In this document: one piece after another, positions 1 to 9,173 of the stretch
Layout of the letters: every line of letters starts with the position of its first letter
How positions within the stretch are numbered: the first letter of the stretch is position 1
From: an uncultured Clostridia bacterium
GTDB lineage: Bacteria; Bacillota; Clostridia; TANB77; CAG-508
Direction: 5' to 3'
NCBI GenBank assembly: GCA_947630445.1
Contig: CANRHQ010000004.1
Location: 20,301 to 52,300 of the forward strand
Length of the DNA stretch: 32,000 nucleotides
Notes under the pieces: generated by a model
Databases searched by the model: none
What the model was told of the DNA's origin: nothing
What the model saw: the letters and a program-made list of their open reading frames with translations, nothing else
Made by a program: the position numbers and the translations under genes

Positions 1-3000
1 TCTATATTCCAAAAGGTCTAATGCTGTAGAAGTATTTTTCTGTTGTCCCATGTGCCAATATGCATTTCCACCTTGAAGTGCAGCTTTTGCAGGATCTTGT
101 GTTACTATTGTAGACTTATAATTTCTTGCGTTTATTTCATTTCCATTTATAGTTGTAGCACTTGATAATTCACTTGTATCATTTCCATAAGTGTATCGTA
201 CTACATAACCATCTACTACTACTCCTGTAAATGTAAAGTTACCATTTGAGTCTGTATATGTAACTGCTGGTGTTGAACTACCATTAGCACTATATAATTC
301 TGCTACTTGACCAGTACTCATAGATATTAACTCAACTTTTACATTTGCTACACCTGCTTCACTACCTTCTCTAGTACCATTTCCTAATCTCTCATCAGCT
401 CCTCTGCTACTATCTTTACTGTCTTCCCATACTGTTCCAGACAATTGTTTAGGATCATTTAGTGATATTACAAATACTGGTGCTTTATCAGTATCATCTT
501 CATATGGTCCTGCACCTGGTACTACACTACCTGGTATAGAATCAATATCTACTCCTGCATATTGTGTATTTACTCTACTAGGTGAAAATTCAGATGCTGT
601 CTTTCTTTCTGCACATATTGTATTTTCTCCATATAATGTAGAAAATACATTTACTTCTGATGTGTTAAATAAGTCTTTTTCTCGTGTTGATAATAAGCTC
701 TTTACTACTTCATCTTTTATCTTAAATGTTATTTTGTGAACAGATGATTTACTTTGCGGTTCTATATATTCATTTATCTCTTTATATGCCGCTACATATC
801 CTCCGCCACTATAAGAATTTCCATATTTACTTGTATCTTTCCACTCTCCATCTAAATCAACAACCGACTCTAGTTCATAATTTGCATCATAGTAGTTTAC
901 AATTTCTCTAGCTATTAATGGTAATGTTTCTGATTGATTTTTAACAACAATGTCATATGTTACATGTATTTCTAAATCTGTAGTGTTTTTATCTGCTACA
1001 TATGCTACATCTGATGGATTAATTTTTCTTGTATATTTCTTTCCATCATCTGAGAAAGATGCCTGTATTGGTGCATTTATTATTCCTCTATGTCCATATT
1101 TATATGTGTATTGTTGTCCTTTCATTATAACTACAACTTGATTAATATCTGAGTCTAATGCTATATCTGGTTGTTCTCTTTTTACTAATCCAAAGTTTAC
1201 ATATTTTATTTTAAAATGATTATAACATGAACTATAACTTCCCCATTCTGCATGGTTATACTTTTCGCATTCATCCTTTTTTTCTGTAAATACTTCTGGA
1301 GAATAGTGCATTTCCTTCCATTCTACACTTACATATTTATGGGTTTCATCATTCCATCCTGAAACAACAGTTTTAATCCAACTTGCTGGATCATCCCAGG
1401 CCTCATTTTCATCATCACAATATATATTTTCTGTATAATCTTTCCATCCCCATTCTTCCGGTCTATGTTCTATCTCATCTTCTGCAACAACATCTCCTGC
1501 TAGAATTGGTGAATCTGTTCCTTTGTATACATCATATGCTTCTTTTATTACCTCATATTTTTGATATTTTACGGTTCCTATTAAATGACTTGCACTAGTA
1601 TCCTTTGTCCAATTACTTCCTTCTGAATAAACACCTCTCAATTTTTTACTTTGACTATGACACCACTTTGTATAAAATTCGTTTGAAATTGCATATTCGC
1701 TCTCTTTAATATTATTACCATGTGCTGGTCCATATTCATAAGCTCCTTCATCTAACATTTCATAACGACCATTTTTATCTATATTCTCTTTCCATGTTCC
1801 TAATAAATTTTGTGCTACTAATTTTGTGTCAGCTGTAACTTTGAATTTCTCCCAATTATCTTCATTTATTACATTTTGACCAGTATCTGGATCTTTTGTA
1901 TAATTTGTTTGAATTCCTGATGGTTCAATACTATCTTTTGTTATATCTGTAAATAATCCATCAACTGCCGTTCTTCCATATTCATTTTCAGTAGCTCTTG
2001 ATTTCCATTCTCCAGTAGAGCTTGAAGCTACTGTAGTATATTTTAATCCATTATATTCTATTTCTACATATGAATTTGAAAGTTGAGTAAGTATATCTTC
2101 TGCATATTCAAATGGATATATTGATTCAATTATAGAACCATATTGACTTATATAAGTCATTTCATAATATCCATCTCCTCCTGTTGTAGTTCTAGCAATT
2201 TCTCTTCCATCTGGCATAAACCATTTTACTAGTATTCCTGACATTGGTTTATCACCTCCAGATGATCCTCCAGATGATCCTCCAGATCCTCCTCCGAATT
2301 CGCCATCACTAGAATTTCCTTTTCCAGTAAACTCATCTTCCCATACATATCCAGAAATAGTTACCGTTCCTTCTCCTTCTCCAGAATCAGCAGGTTCTTG
2401 GTATTCAGGGTCTTTGACATTTGATATTGCTACCTCTTTAGTCTCATTAGCTGAAAATTCGAATTGTGTTATTTTTCCTATGTTTGCAGAATATCCTCCA
2501 TTAGCATTTGCTATTTCTTCTGCTTCATAGTTACCACCTAAAATTCCAGTTCCTTTTGCATCTACTCTACCAACACCATCTGCTCCTGTTACAAAAACAT
2601 ATGCATCTTCTTTATTTTGAGTATATCCCCAATCTCTCTGAACATTGTTTCCTTCCCATGCATCTATTGAATCTTCTCTAAATAAATCCATAAAATCGCC
2701 CGGTCCACCATCAGGTTTCCAATAATGTATATGCACATGTGGTGCATAATAAGCGGGGCAATCTTCCCATGGATAAGCCCATGATGCACCAGTTACTCCA
2801 GTATATCCAATTGTCTGACCTTTAGTAACTTTATCATTTACGCTAAAATTAGGCATTTCTTGCAAATGCAAAAATTTAACATACACTGTTTTACCGTTAC
2901 TTATTTTAAATTTCAATTTTATACTATATCCATCTCCACTTTTTGTTTTATATGTAACTCCATCTACAACTTTAGTTAATGTATTGCCCTCTTCTAAATG

Positions 3001-3990
3001 AACTTCCGTAACTGTTGCATCTGCTGGAGCTACAATTGGCGTTCCGGGTTCTGCTAAGACATCAACACCTCCATGTCCTTCATTGCCAGATCCTGATCCT
3101 AAAGGTCTTTTAACTCCATATGGATAAGCAATATCATAATGACCTGGAACAGGCCATTCCAATGAATCATTTTCAACAACTGGTTCATCTACTATATGTT
3201 GATCTTTAAGTGTTAAATATCCATAATTTTCATGTTTTATTAGAAATGAAACATTTGATAAGCTCTTTCCTGTAACAGAATCTGTTTTATGTATTGAGAT
3301 ATTAGAAGATGGCATATACAAATCCGAATCGCCTTCTCCTGCTCCTCCTAACTCAACTTCCCAAACTTGTTGGAATGCAGTAGTTGTTTCTCCTGATATA
3401 TATATATATATATCTACTGTACCTCCAGTTGCCATTCCATTTATAACAGCATTCATTACTCTATTAAATGCTACTGTTCCTCTATTTGACTCTCTATATA
3501 AATCAGCAACAGCATCCATTCCTGTTCCTATTCTAGCATCCAATCCTAATGGAACTTTTACATAATCTAGCCAGAAATTAATATATCCCCACAAAACTAA
3601 TTGAGTTGTAGAGTATCCTGTTCCAGCTGAATTCCAATATCCATATCCTGTTTGTCCAGTATATTGTCCTGACAATATTGTATACATTGCTATATTAGTT
3701 ACACCTGCATTACCACCTTCAACAGTTGCGCCTGTTTTCACATTAGTAGCTTTATCTCCCTCTATACGAATATGTTCTACTTGATTAAAAGTTATATCTT
3801 TTCTATAACTTGATTCTCCCTTTTTTGGGAAATGTGCATCATGGTCACCACAATATCTATTTGGTACTCCTTCAATATCTCCTCTGTTCCATTGAACTGT
3901 TGACCCTGAAACTCCATAGGAAATATTCTTTAATAGGAATATACACAATATTGTTATTAATATTGTTATAAAAACTTTTACTTTTCGCAT
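1..3990 (-). CDS. Giant surface adhesin, 3' end beyond the window (at least 1330 aa). Signal peptide, thioester-like N-domain, CnaB-like domain with a nested M23 metallopeptidase domain, then SdrD-B/CnaB-type stalk repeats. Paralog of 9226..13833.
   Basis: Absent from the ORF track because there is no stop in the window. I hand-translated the minus strand from ATG 3988..3990 (SD AAAGGAGGT upstream) to position 1; it is open in one frame throughout. N-terminus is MRKVKVFITILITILCIFLLKNISYG. Motifs: NRYCGDHD, STTQLVLWGY, HGGVD, PHVHIHYW. The last residues in the window (NARNYKSTIVTQDPAKAALQGGNAYWH) align with NARNYKSTIITTEPIKGAIQGNRNVMWH of the 9226..13833 product. Confidence 0.8.
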   Translation of the reverse strand, partial: MRKVKVFITILITILCIFLLKNISYGVSGSTVQWNRGDIEGVPNRYCGDHDAHFPKKGESSYRKDITFNQVEHIRIEGDKATNVKTGATVEGGNAGVTNIAMYTILSGQYTGQTGYGYWNSAGTGYSTTQLVLWGYINFWLDYVKVPLGLDARIGTGMDAVADLYRESNRGTVAFNRVMNAVINGMATGGTVDIYIYISGETTTAFQQVWEVELGGAGEGDSDLYMPSSNISIHKTDSVTGKSLSNVSFLIKHENYGYLTLKDQHIVDEPVVENDSLEWPVPGHYDIAYPYGVKRPLGSGSGNEGHGGVDVLAEPGTPIVAPADATVTEVHLEEGNTLTKVVDGVTYKTKSGDGYSIKLKFKISNGKTVYVKFLHLQEMPNFSVNDKVTKGQTIGYTGVTGASWAYPWEDCPAYYAPHVHIHYWKPDGGPGDFMDLFREDSIDAWEGNNVQRDWGYTQNKEDAYVFVTGADGVGRVDAKGTGILGGNYEAEEIANANGGYSANIGKITQFEFSANETKEVAISNVKDPEYQEPADSGEGEGTVTISGYVWEDEFTGKGNSSDGEFGGGSGGSSGGSSGGDKPMSGILVKWFMPDGREIARTTTGGDGYYEMTYISQYGSIIESIYPFEYAEDILTQLSNSYVEIEYNGLKYTTVASSSTGEWKSRATENEYGRTAVDGLFTDITKDSIEPSGIQTNYTKDPDTGQNVINEDNWEKFKVTADTKLVAQNLLGTWKENIDKNGRYEMLDEGAYEYGPAHGNNIKESEYAISNEFYTKWCHSQSKKLRGVYSEGSNWTKDTSASHLIGTVKYQKYEVIKEAYDVYKGTDSPILAGDVVAEDEIEHRPEEWGWKDYTENIYCDDENEAWDDPASWIKTVVSGWNDETHKYVSVEWKEMHYSPEVFTEKKDECEKYNHAEWGSYSSCYNHFKIKYVNFGLVKREQPDIALDSDINQVVVIMKGQQYTYKYGHRGIINAPIQASFSDDGKKYTRKINPSDVAYVADKNTTDLEIHVTYDIVVKNQSETLPLIAREIVNYYDANYELESVVDLDGEWKDTSKYGNSYSGGGYVAAYKEINEYIEPQSKSSVHKITFKIKDEVVKSLLSTREKDLFNTSEVNVFSTLYGENTICAERKTASEFSPSRVNTQYAGVDIDSIPGSVVPGAGPYEDDTDKAPVFVISLNDPKQLSGTVWEDSKDSSRGADERLGNGTREGSEAGVANVKVELISMSTGQVAELYSANGSSTPAVTYTDSNGNFTFTGVVVDGYVVRYTYGNDTSELSSATTINGNEINARNYKSTIVTQDPAKAALQGGNAYWHMGQQKNTSTALDLLEYR
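3396..3413 (-). repeat. (TA)9 dinucleotide microsatellite inside the adhesin CDS (encodes DIYIYIS)
   Basis: Uninterrupted 18-nt run atatatatatatatatat read directly. The paralog encodes KFYLLDNY at the aligned position and has no repeat. Confidence 0.9.
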
Positions 3991-4009
3991 GTTTCTACCT
4001 CCTTTCTCT

Positions 4010-7000
4010 TTAGTTTTTATTTTTTCTTTTTTTAAATATCAATAATATAGCAAATATTATTAATACTATATTTAATAATATTATTAATGTAAATGCTATT
4101 GTTCTTCCACCTGTTGATGGGCTTATTAAAACATCGGCTTTTCCAATATCATCTTCATTATTTGATTGATTATTTGGTATAGAGTCTATATCTGATAAAC
4201 CTAATTCATTATATTGTTCTATTATTTCAGCTCTATTATTTATAACTCCCATATTATTTTCTGTCATTGCTTTTGTTAATATTAATTTAATTTCTTTTGT
4301 TTCTCCTGGTCCTATTTCTGTATTAGCTAAACTCTTAGTATATAAGTTTCTCTCTGATAAATACCAATCTGGGTTTAATTCTGAGCTAAATTCCATTCCA
4401 CTTGGTAAATAATCAACTATATTTGTTACTTTTCCTGCTATTTTTCCTGTATTAGTTACTTTTATAACATATTCTACTACTACAGTAGAACCATTTATTT
4501 GTTTTCTATGAATCTCTACTTTTTGGAATGTAGAATCTTGACATTCATATGATTTTGTTTCTTTTGCAGTTTGTACTACAATTCTATTAATGTATTTATT
4601 TAGTTCTAAATCAAAAGTTGCATTTTCTTTTAATCCTAAATTTATATTAGCTATATTTCCTTGTATTTCTAAAGTATCTGTTACTGCGCATGTTGTTTCT
4701 TTTCCATCTAATAAAATTGTTTTCATTATAGCATTTGAATTTTTATCCTCAGAAACTCCTTCTTTTTTATATGTTGTTAATTCATAATTTGCTATATCAT
4801 ATTCAAATACAACTATATATCTTCCATTATCTATTCTTGAAAATGTATACATTCCATCTTTGTTTGTTTTTGTCTCTGCATATTTTCCTGTTTTATCTCT
4901 TGCTACTTTATTTGTTGATACATCAAATAATTTTACTGTAACTCCTGATAATTTTTTGTCTCCCTCATCCATTTCACCATTTTGGTTTACATCTACCCAA
5001 GCTGTACCACTAACTATATTTTCTAAATTATCATCATTTTCTGAAATTTTTCTTATTATATGTGTAATTTCTGGAGATCTTGCTTGTTCTTCTCCTGATA
5101 TCTCTATTGTTGCTACATTTGTTATTTGTTTTAACTCAAAATCTTCATCTGTATCTTTAACTCTTGCTATTATTTGTATTCTTTGTGTTTCTCCTGCTTT
5201 TGTAGGTAATATTTGTGTAAATTTATTTGCAATACCTGTAGTATATGTTAATACATCAGTAATATCCTGTGATTGTAATATTAATTCATCATTCAAATAA
5301 ACTTCTTCAATATCCAAATATTCTGATACAGAATCTAATATTTGCATAAATACTGAACATGAGCATGTACTTTTTGCTTCTATATTATAAGTTATTACAT
5401 CACCAACATATACATATTCTCCTGCTGTTGGAGAAGATAATGTTATTTCCGCTCCTATTTTTTCAATTTTTTGAGTATCTAAATTTGATTGGCATTTATT
5501 ATTATCATATGTTGCACTAGCATATGCTTTAATTTCTGTACCAGGTTCACCAGATACTTCTGTAACAATAGAATAATTTAATAATCCTCTTGCTGGAATT
5601 TTTTCAATTGTAAATATATTAGAATTTTTAACTACTGTTGTTAATGTTGTTTCTATTAAATCTATTTGTTTTATTAATTGATTTTCAACTTGTACTTCCA
5701 TTTGTACATTGCTTATATCTGTATCTGTTAAATTCTCTACAAACATTTGGTATTCCATTACACTACCTGGTCTTAATTCTGTTTCTAGATCTCTTATTCT
5801 CTTAATTGTTACTCTTAATTTAGCTTCTTCATCAACATTAGTTAATTCTGCACTTTCTAATGAATATTCTCCACTTGTTGCAATTGCTTTATTAGATATT
5901 TGTGTTCCACTACCAGTATTATTATTTACTCTAACTTCATATTCAAATGAATATTCTTCTCCTACTTTTAATTCTTGTATCTCTTTAGCTATCTCTTTTA
6001 CTTCTGTTTTTTCTTCATAATATGATGGTCCAGTATATACGAAATCTTCTTCTGGTTCAACTACTACCGTTCCTGTTGGTACTCCTGCTTTTAATACTAT
6101 ATTATTTATTTGATTTGTTCCATTATTTTTAACTGTTGCCTTATATTTAATTACTTCTCCATTTTTTACTGTATCGCCATTGTTTAATTCATTATTTCCT
6201 ACTGTTCCTTCTATTGTTGTTTCTAATTTTATTCCTTCTCCTGTTGTTAATCCTGTTGATAAGGCTTCTATCTTTTCTTCACCATATATTACTTTATATC
6301 CTTCATATGATGTCATTCCATAATCTAATGCTTTTGGTATGTTCATTGTATATGTTGCTTCAAAATTTGTTTCAGCTGGGATTGATGGTATTTCTATTAA
6401 ATATGATTTTGCTGTTCCAATTTCTCTTATATTTGTAGTCCATCCATTATTTGCATCTTCTAAATTCTCTGTAGCATTTATATTTTCACTATAATATACT
6501 GTTGCATTATTGGCATTTATTAATCCATTTAATTCTGTTGCTAGTGTATTTGTTACTTTTTCATTACCTATTGTTATTTCTCCTGTTGTTGGTAAATTTC
6601 CTACTATTTTTACTCCTGTTGCTTCTGCTCCTGTATTGTTTATTAATCCTATTCTATATGTAGCTTTTGTTCCTTTATCTGTATTTTTATTTAAATTTAC
6701 CATTTGTTTATCTGGATCTATTCCAGATATTGCTTGTATATTATGTGATTCTACATTATTTACTGTTATCATTCCACTTGGTGATAATATTTCTATCTCT
6801 TGTATCTCTGTTCCTTGTTCTGCAGATTCTTCTTCATATTTTGTTGCTTTTTCATTAACATATGTCATTATTATATTGTCTTTTTTGTTTGGTGTTAATT
6901 TTGATAGTTTTATATTTAAATCTAATTGTAAATATATTTGAGTTGCTTCTCCTTGTGGATATTCTGTTTGTTCTCCTGCTAATTCAATTTCTATTGCTTT

Positions 7001-8890
7001 ATCTACTTTATTATATATAGCTTTTGTTATCTCAAATCCTTCTGCATATAATTTATCTGAATCATTTACACTTATTTCTTCTACACAATCTGGTAATTGT
7101 ATTTTTATTTTTGGATTTTTGTATAAGTCATATTTACTATTATCTGTTATTAATTTTATACCTAAAATTACATTTTCGTTCATTGTCATTGTTGATAAAG
7201 TATTTTTATTGATCACTAATTCTGCTTTTGTTATAGGTTCTTTTAATTCTACATTTGTATTTGCTAAGTTTTTAATAACCTCTGTATCTCCTAATACTGC
7301 TATAATAGCATTATTAACTTTTAATCCTTTTATTGTTTGTAATTGTTCTAATGTATAGTCCATGTTGTTCATTATTGCTTTTTTATGCTTAATTTCTAAA
7401 ATTCCTGCTTTCTCAGGTTTAGTCATTACTATTTCTAATTCTTGTAATTCAATATTTCCATAATCAATTACTATATTTCCATTTTCATCTGCTTCTGTAT
7501 CTTTTGTAATGTTATATGTAGATAATCCTGTTTTAATTTGAAGTTGTCCATTTTCTCCTAATATATTTAACATTTTATCTTTATTTATAGTAGTATTTAA
7601 AAATTTTGTATTTACATTTATTTCTTCTAGTTTTTCTGGTTCATTTTCTTTTGTTTCTACTTTTGATAAAAATTTATCTGTACCTTCATGTATGATTACT
7701 TTATCTGATACATCTGTATTAGTTACTTGAAGTGTTGTTTTTGTATCATACTCTATTTCTTTTTTGTTTTCTGTACTTGTATTTGCATATAATTGTCCTT
7801 TATATAAATCTGTTGAATCTGTTGTTATTTTTGTTGTTATTATTCCATTTAGCTCTTGATTAGAAATTCCTTTTACATAAGAAGCTGTATATTTATTTTC
7901 TACGTTATATACTGATATTTCTGATTCAGCTTTTATTTCTAATTCTGTTGCATCTACTTCTTCATCATATATAAATGTAATAACAATTTCATCACAAGCA
8001 TTTTTTAACCATTTAATTTCTCCATTTTCATTTGGTTCATTGTTTATTGTGATTTTTAATTTACCATCTTCATTAGTAAAATTATCTATAATGTAATCTT
8101 CCATTCCATTAGTTGCTTTTGTTCCTAATGATAAGACTTTTATTTCTTCTGGTGCAGTATCACTTAATTGTGGTATATCTATAGATATAGTTGTAGTCTT
8201 TATTGGATATATATTTTCTGTTAACTTAGAATTTACTAACATTTGTACAATTCTTTTATTTTTTCCATTTACAGAAAATACTTTATTTGTTATTATATCT
8301 GTTTCTAATTCGGCATTTGTTTCTTCTGTTGGTACAAAATTAGCTGTAACAGTTTTTTCTGCTTCGATAGGTGTATCTGTAACAGTTGTTGATAAAATTC
8401 CTTGTTTAGTTTCTTTGTATGTTCCTGTTAGTTTAAATGTTGATTTCTTTGATAGCATATCTGTAGTAATAACATCTGCACTTATTGGTTCTATATTTAA
8501 TTCAATTTCAACAGTTTCTCCTGCGTTTATCTGGTTTAGATTTACTTTATTTCCTTCTATACTAGATATTGCAGTTGTTAGGATCTCATTCTTTATTCTA
8601 AAATTGCTATCCTTCAATTCAATTGAACCATTGAAATATCCCTCATTTTTTACTGCGATCTGTGCATACACTTTTATGTTATCAGTTTTTATGCTTTCTG
8701 ATATTGGATTTATCTTATTTCCTGATTCATCCTTAAAGTATGCCCAAAACTCTATGTTATCATTGTTTGTGCCACTTTCTGTTGCATAGCCATAACTTAT
8801 TAAGTTACTTCCTAAAATCAAAAAATCGGTTGACATAATCATGATAATCATTAGTATAGCTAATAGCTTTTTTAGTACCTTTTTCTCCAT
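4010..8890 (-). CDS. DUF11-repeat giant cell-wall protein with an SdrD-B-like domain and a C-terminal SPSTG sorting signal
   Basis: ORF track 4010..8914. I moved the start to ATG 8888..8890 (MEKKVLKKLLAILM) because GGAGGT sits 7 nt upstream and this aligns with paralog start MENKMIKKLTAILM. Signal peptide ends at YGYA. About five repeats of the G-x-x-I-x-Y-x-I-x-V-x-N-x-G type (e.g. GEVIKYKATVKNNGTNQINNIVL). SdrD-B-like SGTAWVDVNQNGEMDEGDKKLSGVTVKLFD...TNKDGMYTF. C-terminus is SPSTGG, then a hydrophobic stretch, then KKRKNKN. Confidence 0.85.
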   Translation of the reverse strand: MEKKVLKKLLAILMIIMIMSTDFLILGSNLISYGYATESGTNNDNIEFWAYFKDESGNKINPISESIKTDNIKVYAQIAVKNEGYFNGSIELKDSNFRIKNEILTTAISSIEGNKVNLNQINAGETVEIELNIEPISADVITTDMLSKKSTFKLTGTYKETKQGILSTTVTDTPIEAEKTVTANFVPTEETNAELETDIITNKVFSVNGKNKRIVQMLVNSKLTENIYPIKTTTISIDIPQLSDTAPEEIKVLSLGTKATNGMEDYIIDNFTNEDGKLKITINNEPNENGEIKWLKNACDEIVITFIYDEEVDATELEIKAESEISVYNVENKYTASYVKGISNQELNGIITTKITTDSTDLYKGQLYANTSTENKKEIEYDTKTTLQVTNTDVSDKVIIHEGTDKFLSKVETKENEPEKLEEINVNTKFLNTTINKDKMLNILGENGQLQIKTGLSTYNITKDTEADENGNIVIDYGNIELQELEIVMTKPEKAGILEIKHKKAIMNNMDYTLEQLQTIKGLKVNNAIIAVLGDTEVIKNLANTNVELKEPITKAELVINKNTLSTMTMNENVILGIKLITDNSKYDLYKNPKIKIQLPDCVEEISVNDSDKLYAEGFEITKAIYNKVDKAIEIELAGEQTEYPQGEATQIYLQLDLNIKLSKLTPNKKDNIIMTYVNEKATKYEEESAEQGTEIQEIEILSPSGMITVNNVESHNIQAISGIDPDKQMVNLNKNTDKGTKATYRIGLINNTGAEATGVKIVGNLPTTGEITIGNEKVTNTLATELNGLINANNATVYYSENINATENLEDANNGWTTNIREIGTAKSYLIEIPSIPAETNFEATYTMNIPKALDYGMTSYEGYKVIYGEEKIEALSTGLTTGEGIKLETTIEGTVGNNELNNGDTVKNGEVIKYKATVKNNGTNQINNIVLKAGVPTGTVVVEPEEDFVYTGPSYYEEKTEVKEIAKEIQELKVGEEYSFEYEVRVNNNTGSGTQISNKAIATSGEYSLESAELTNVDEEAKLRVTIKRIRDLETELRPGSVMEYQMFVENLTDTDISNVQMEVQVENQLIKQIDLIETTLTTVVKNSNIFTIEKIPARGLLNYSIVTEVSGEPGTEIKAYASATYDNNKCQSNLDTQKIEKIGAEITLSSPTAGEYVYVGDVITYNIEAKSTCSCSVFMQILDSVSEYLDIEEVYLNDELILQSQDITDVLTYTTGIANKFTQILPTKAGETQRIQIIARVKDTDEDFELKQITNVATIEISGEEQARSPEITHIIRKISENDDNLENIVSGTAWVDVNQNGEMDEGDKKLSGVTVKLFDVSTNKVARDKTGKYAETKTNKDGMYTFSRIDNGRYIVVFEYDIANYELTTYKKEGVSEDKNSNAIMKTILLDGKETTCAVTDTLEIQGNIANINLGLKENATFDLELNKYINRIVVQTAKETKSYECQDSTFQKVEIHRKQINGSTVVVEYVIKVTNTGKIAGKVTNIVDYLPSGMEFSSELNPDWYLSERNLYTKSLANTEIGPGETKEIKLILTKAMTENNMGVINNRAEIIEQYNELGLSDIDSIPNNQSNNEDDIGKADVLISPSTGGRTIAFTLIILLNIVLIIFAILLIFKKRKNKN

Positions 8891-8946
8891 TTTTCTACCT
8901 CCGTTTATCGACATTTTTTCTTCTTTTGTTTTTTTGCCTTATTTTT

Positions 8947-8975
8947 ATTATATAACTTTTTTGTCGATTTGTAAA
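8947..8975 (-). promoter_or_regulatory. Sigma-A-type promoter for the second gene pair: -35 TTTACA (8970..8975), 17-nt spacer, -10 TATAAT (8947..8952)
   Basis: Hexamers read on the minus strand, about 50 nt upstream of start 8890. A second, weaker candidate lies upstream: TTGACA at 9015..9020, 17 nt, TATCGT at 8992..8997. Confidence 0.5.
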
Positions 8976-9173
8976 CACCTATTCTTATAAAACGATATCA
9001 ATAAAATTCAAATATGTCAAGGGTTTTGGAGATTTTTTCTAAACATTTTTTCTTGCTGGAATTTTTTTACATCGTTTCCAGTTTTTGTATAATTTAGTCT
9101 ATTTTTCTTTTACTATTTTCCGTAACATGAAATGTAATTTTGAAATATTTTTTTAACATATTTTTTCGTTTAC

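Noticed and set aside
726-1598. Three plus-strand ORFs from the track (726..911, 950..1141, 1383..1598)
   Set aside because: They are antisense to the continuous, homology-supported minus-strand adhesin frame (1..3990). They have low-complexity Leu/Phe/Ile-rich products and no SD. These are typical shadow ORFs of an AT-rich gene.
8100-8300. YPIK in both DUF11 giants (NIYPIKTT / NEYPIKQT) as a possible pilin motif
   Set aside because: The canonical pilin motif is YPKN, with the Lys immediately after Pro. No class C sortase or E-box-type context is evident here, so I do not call these polymerising pilins.
8891-8914. Track start MSINGGRK for the DUF11 giant B
   Set aside because: The codons for NGG are themselves the SD (GGAGGT) for the downstream ATG at 8890. 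The paralog D starts at the equivalent MEKK/MENK position, so the 8 extra codons are probably untranslated.
8915-9173. Possible c-di-GMP or other riboswitch in the intergenic region upstream of the second adhesin pair
   Set aside because: Adhesin genes in Clostridia are sometimes riboswitch-controlled. The region is almost pure A/T, however. It has no GC-rich paired elements or conserved GEMM-like cores that I can recognise, and the predicted leader is only about 50 nt. A covariance-model scan would settle it.
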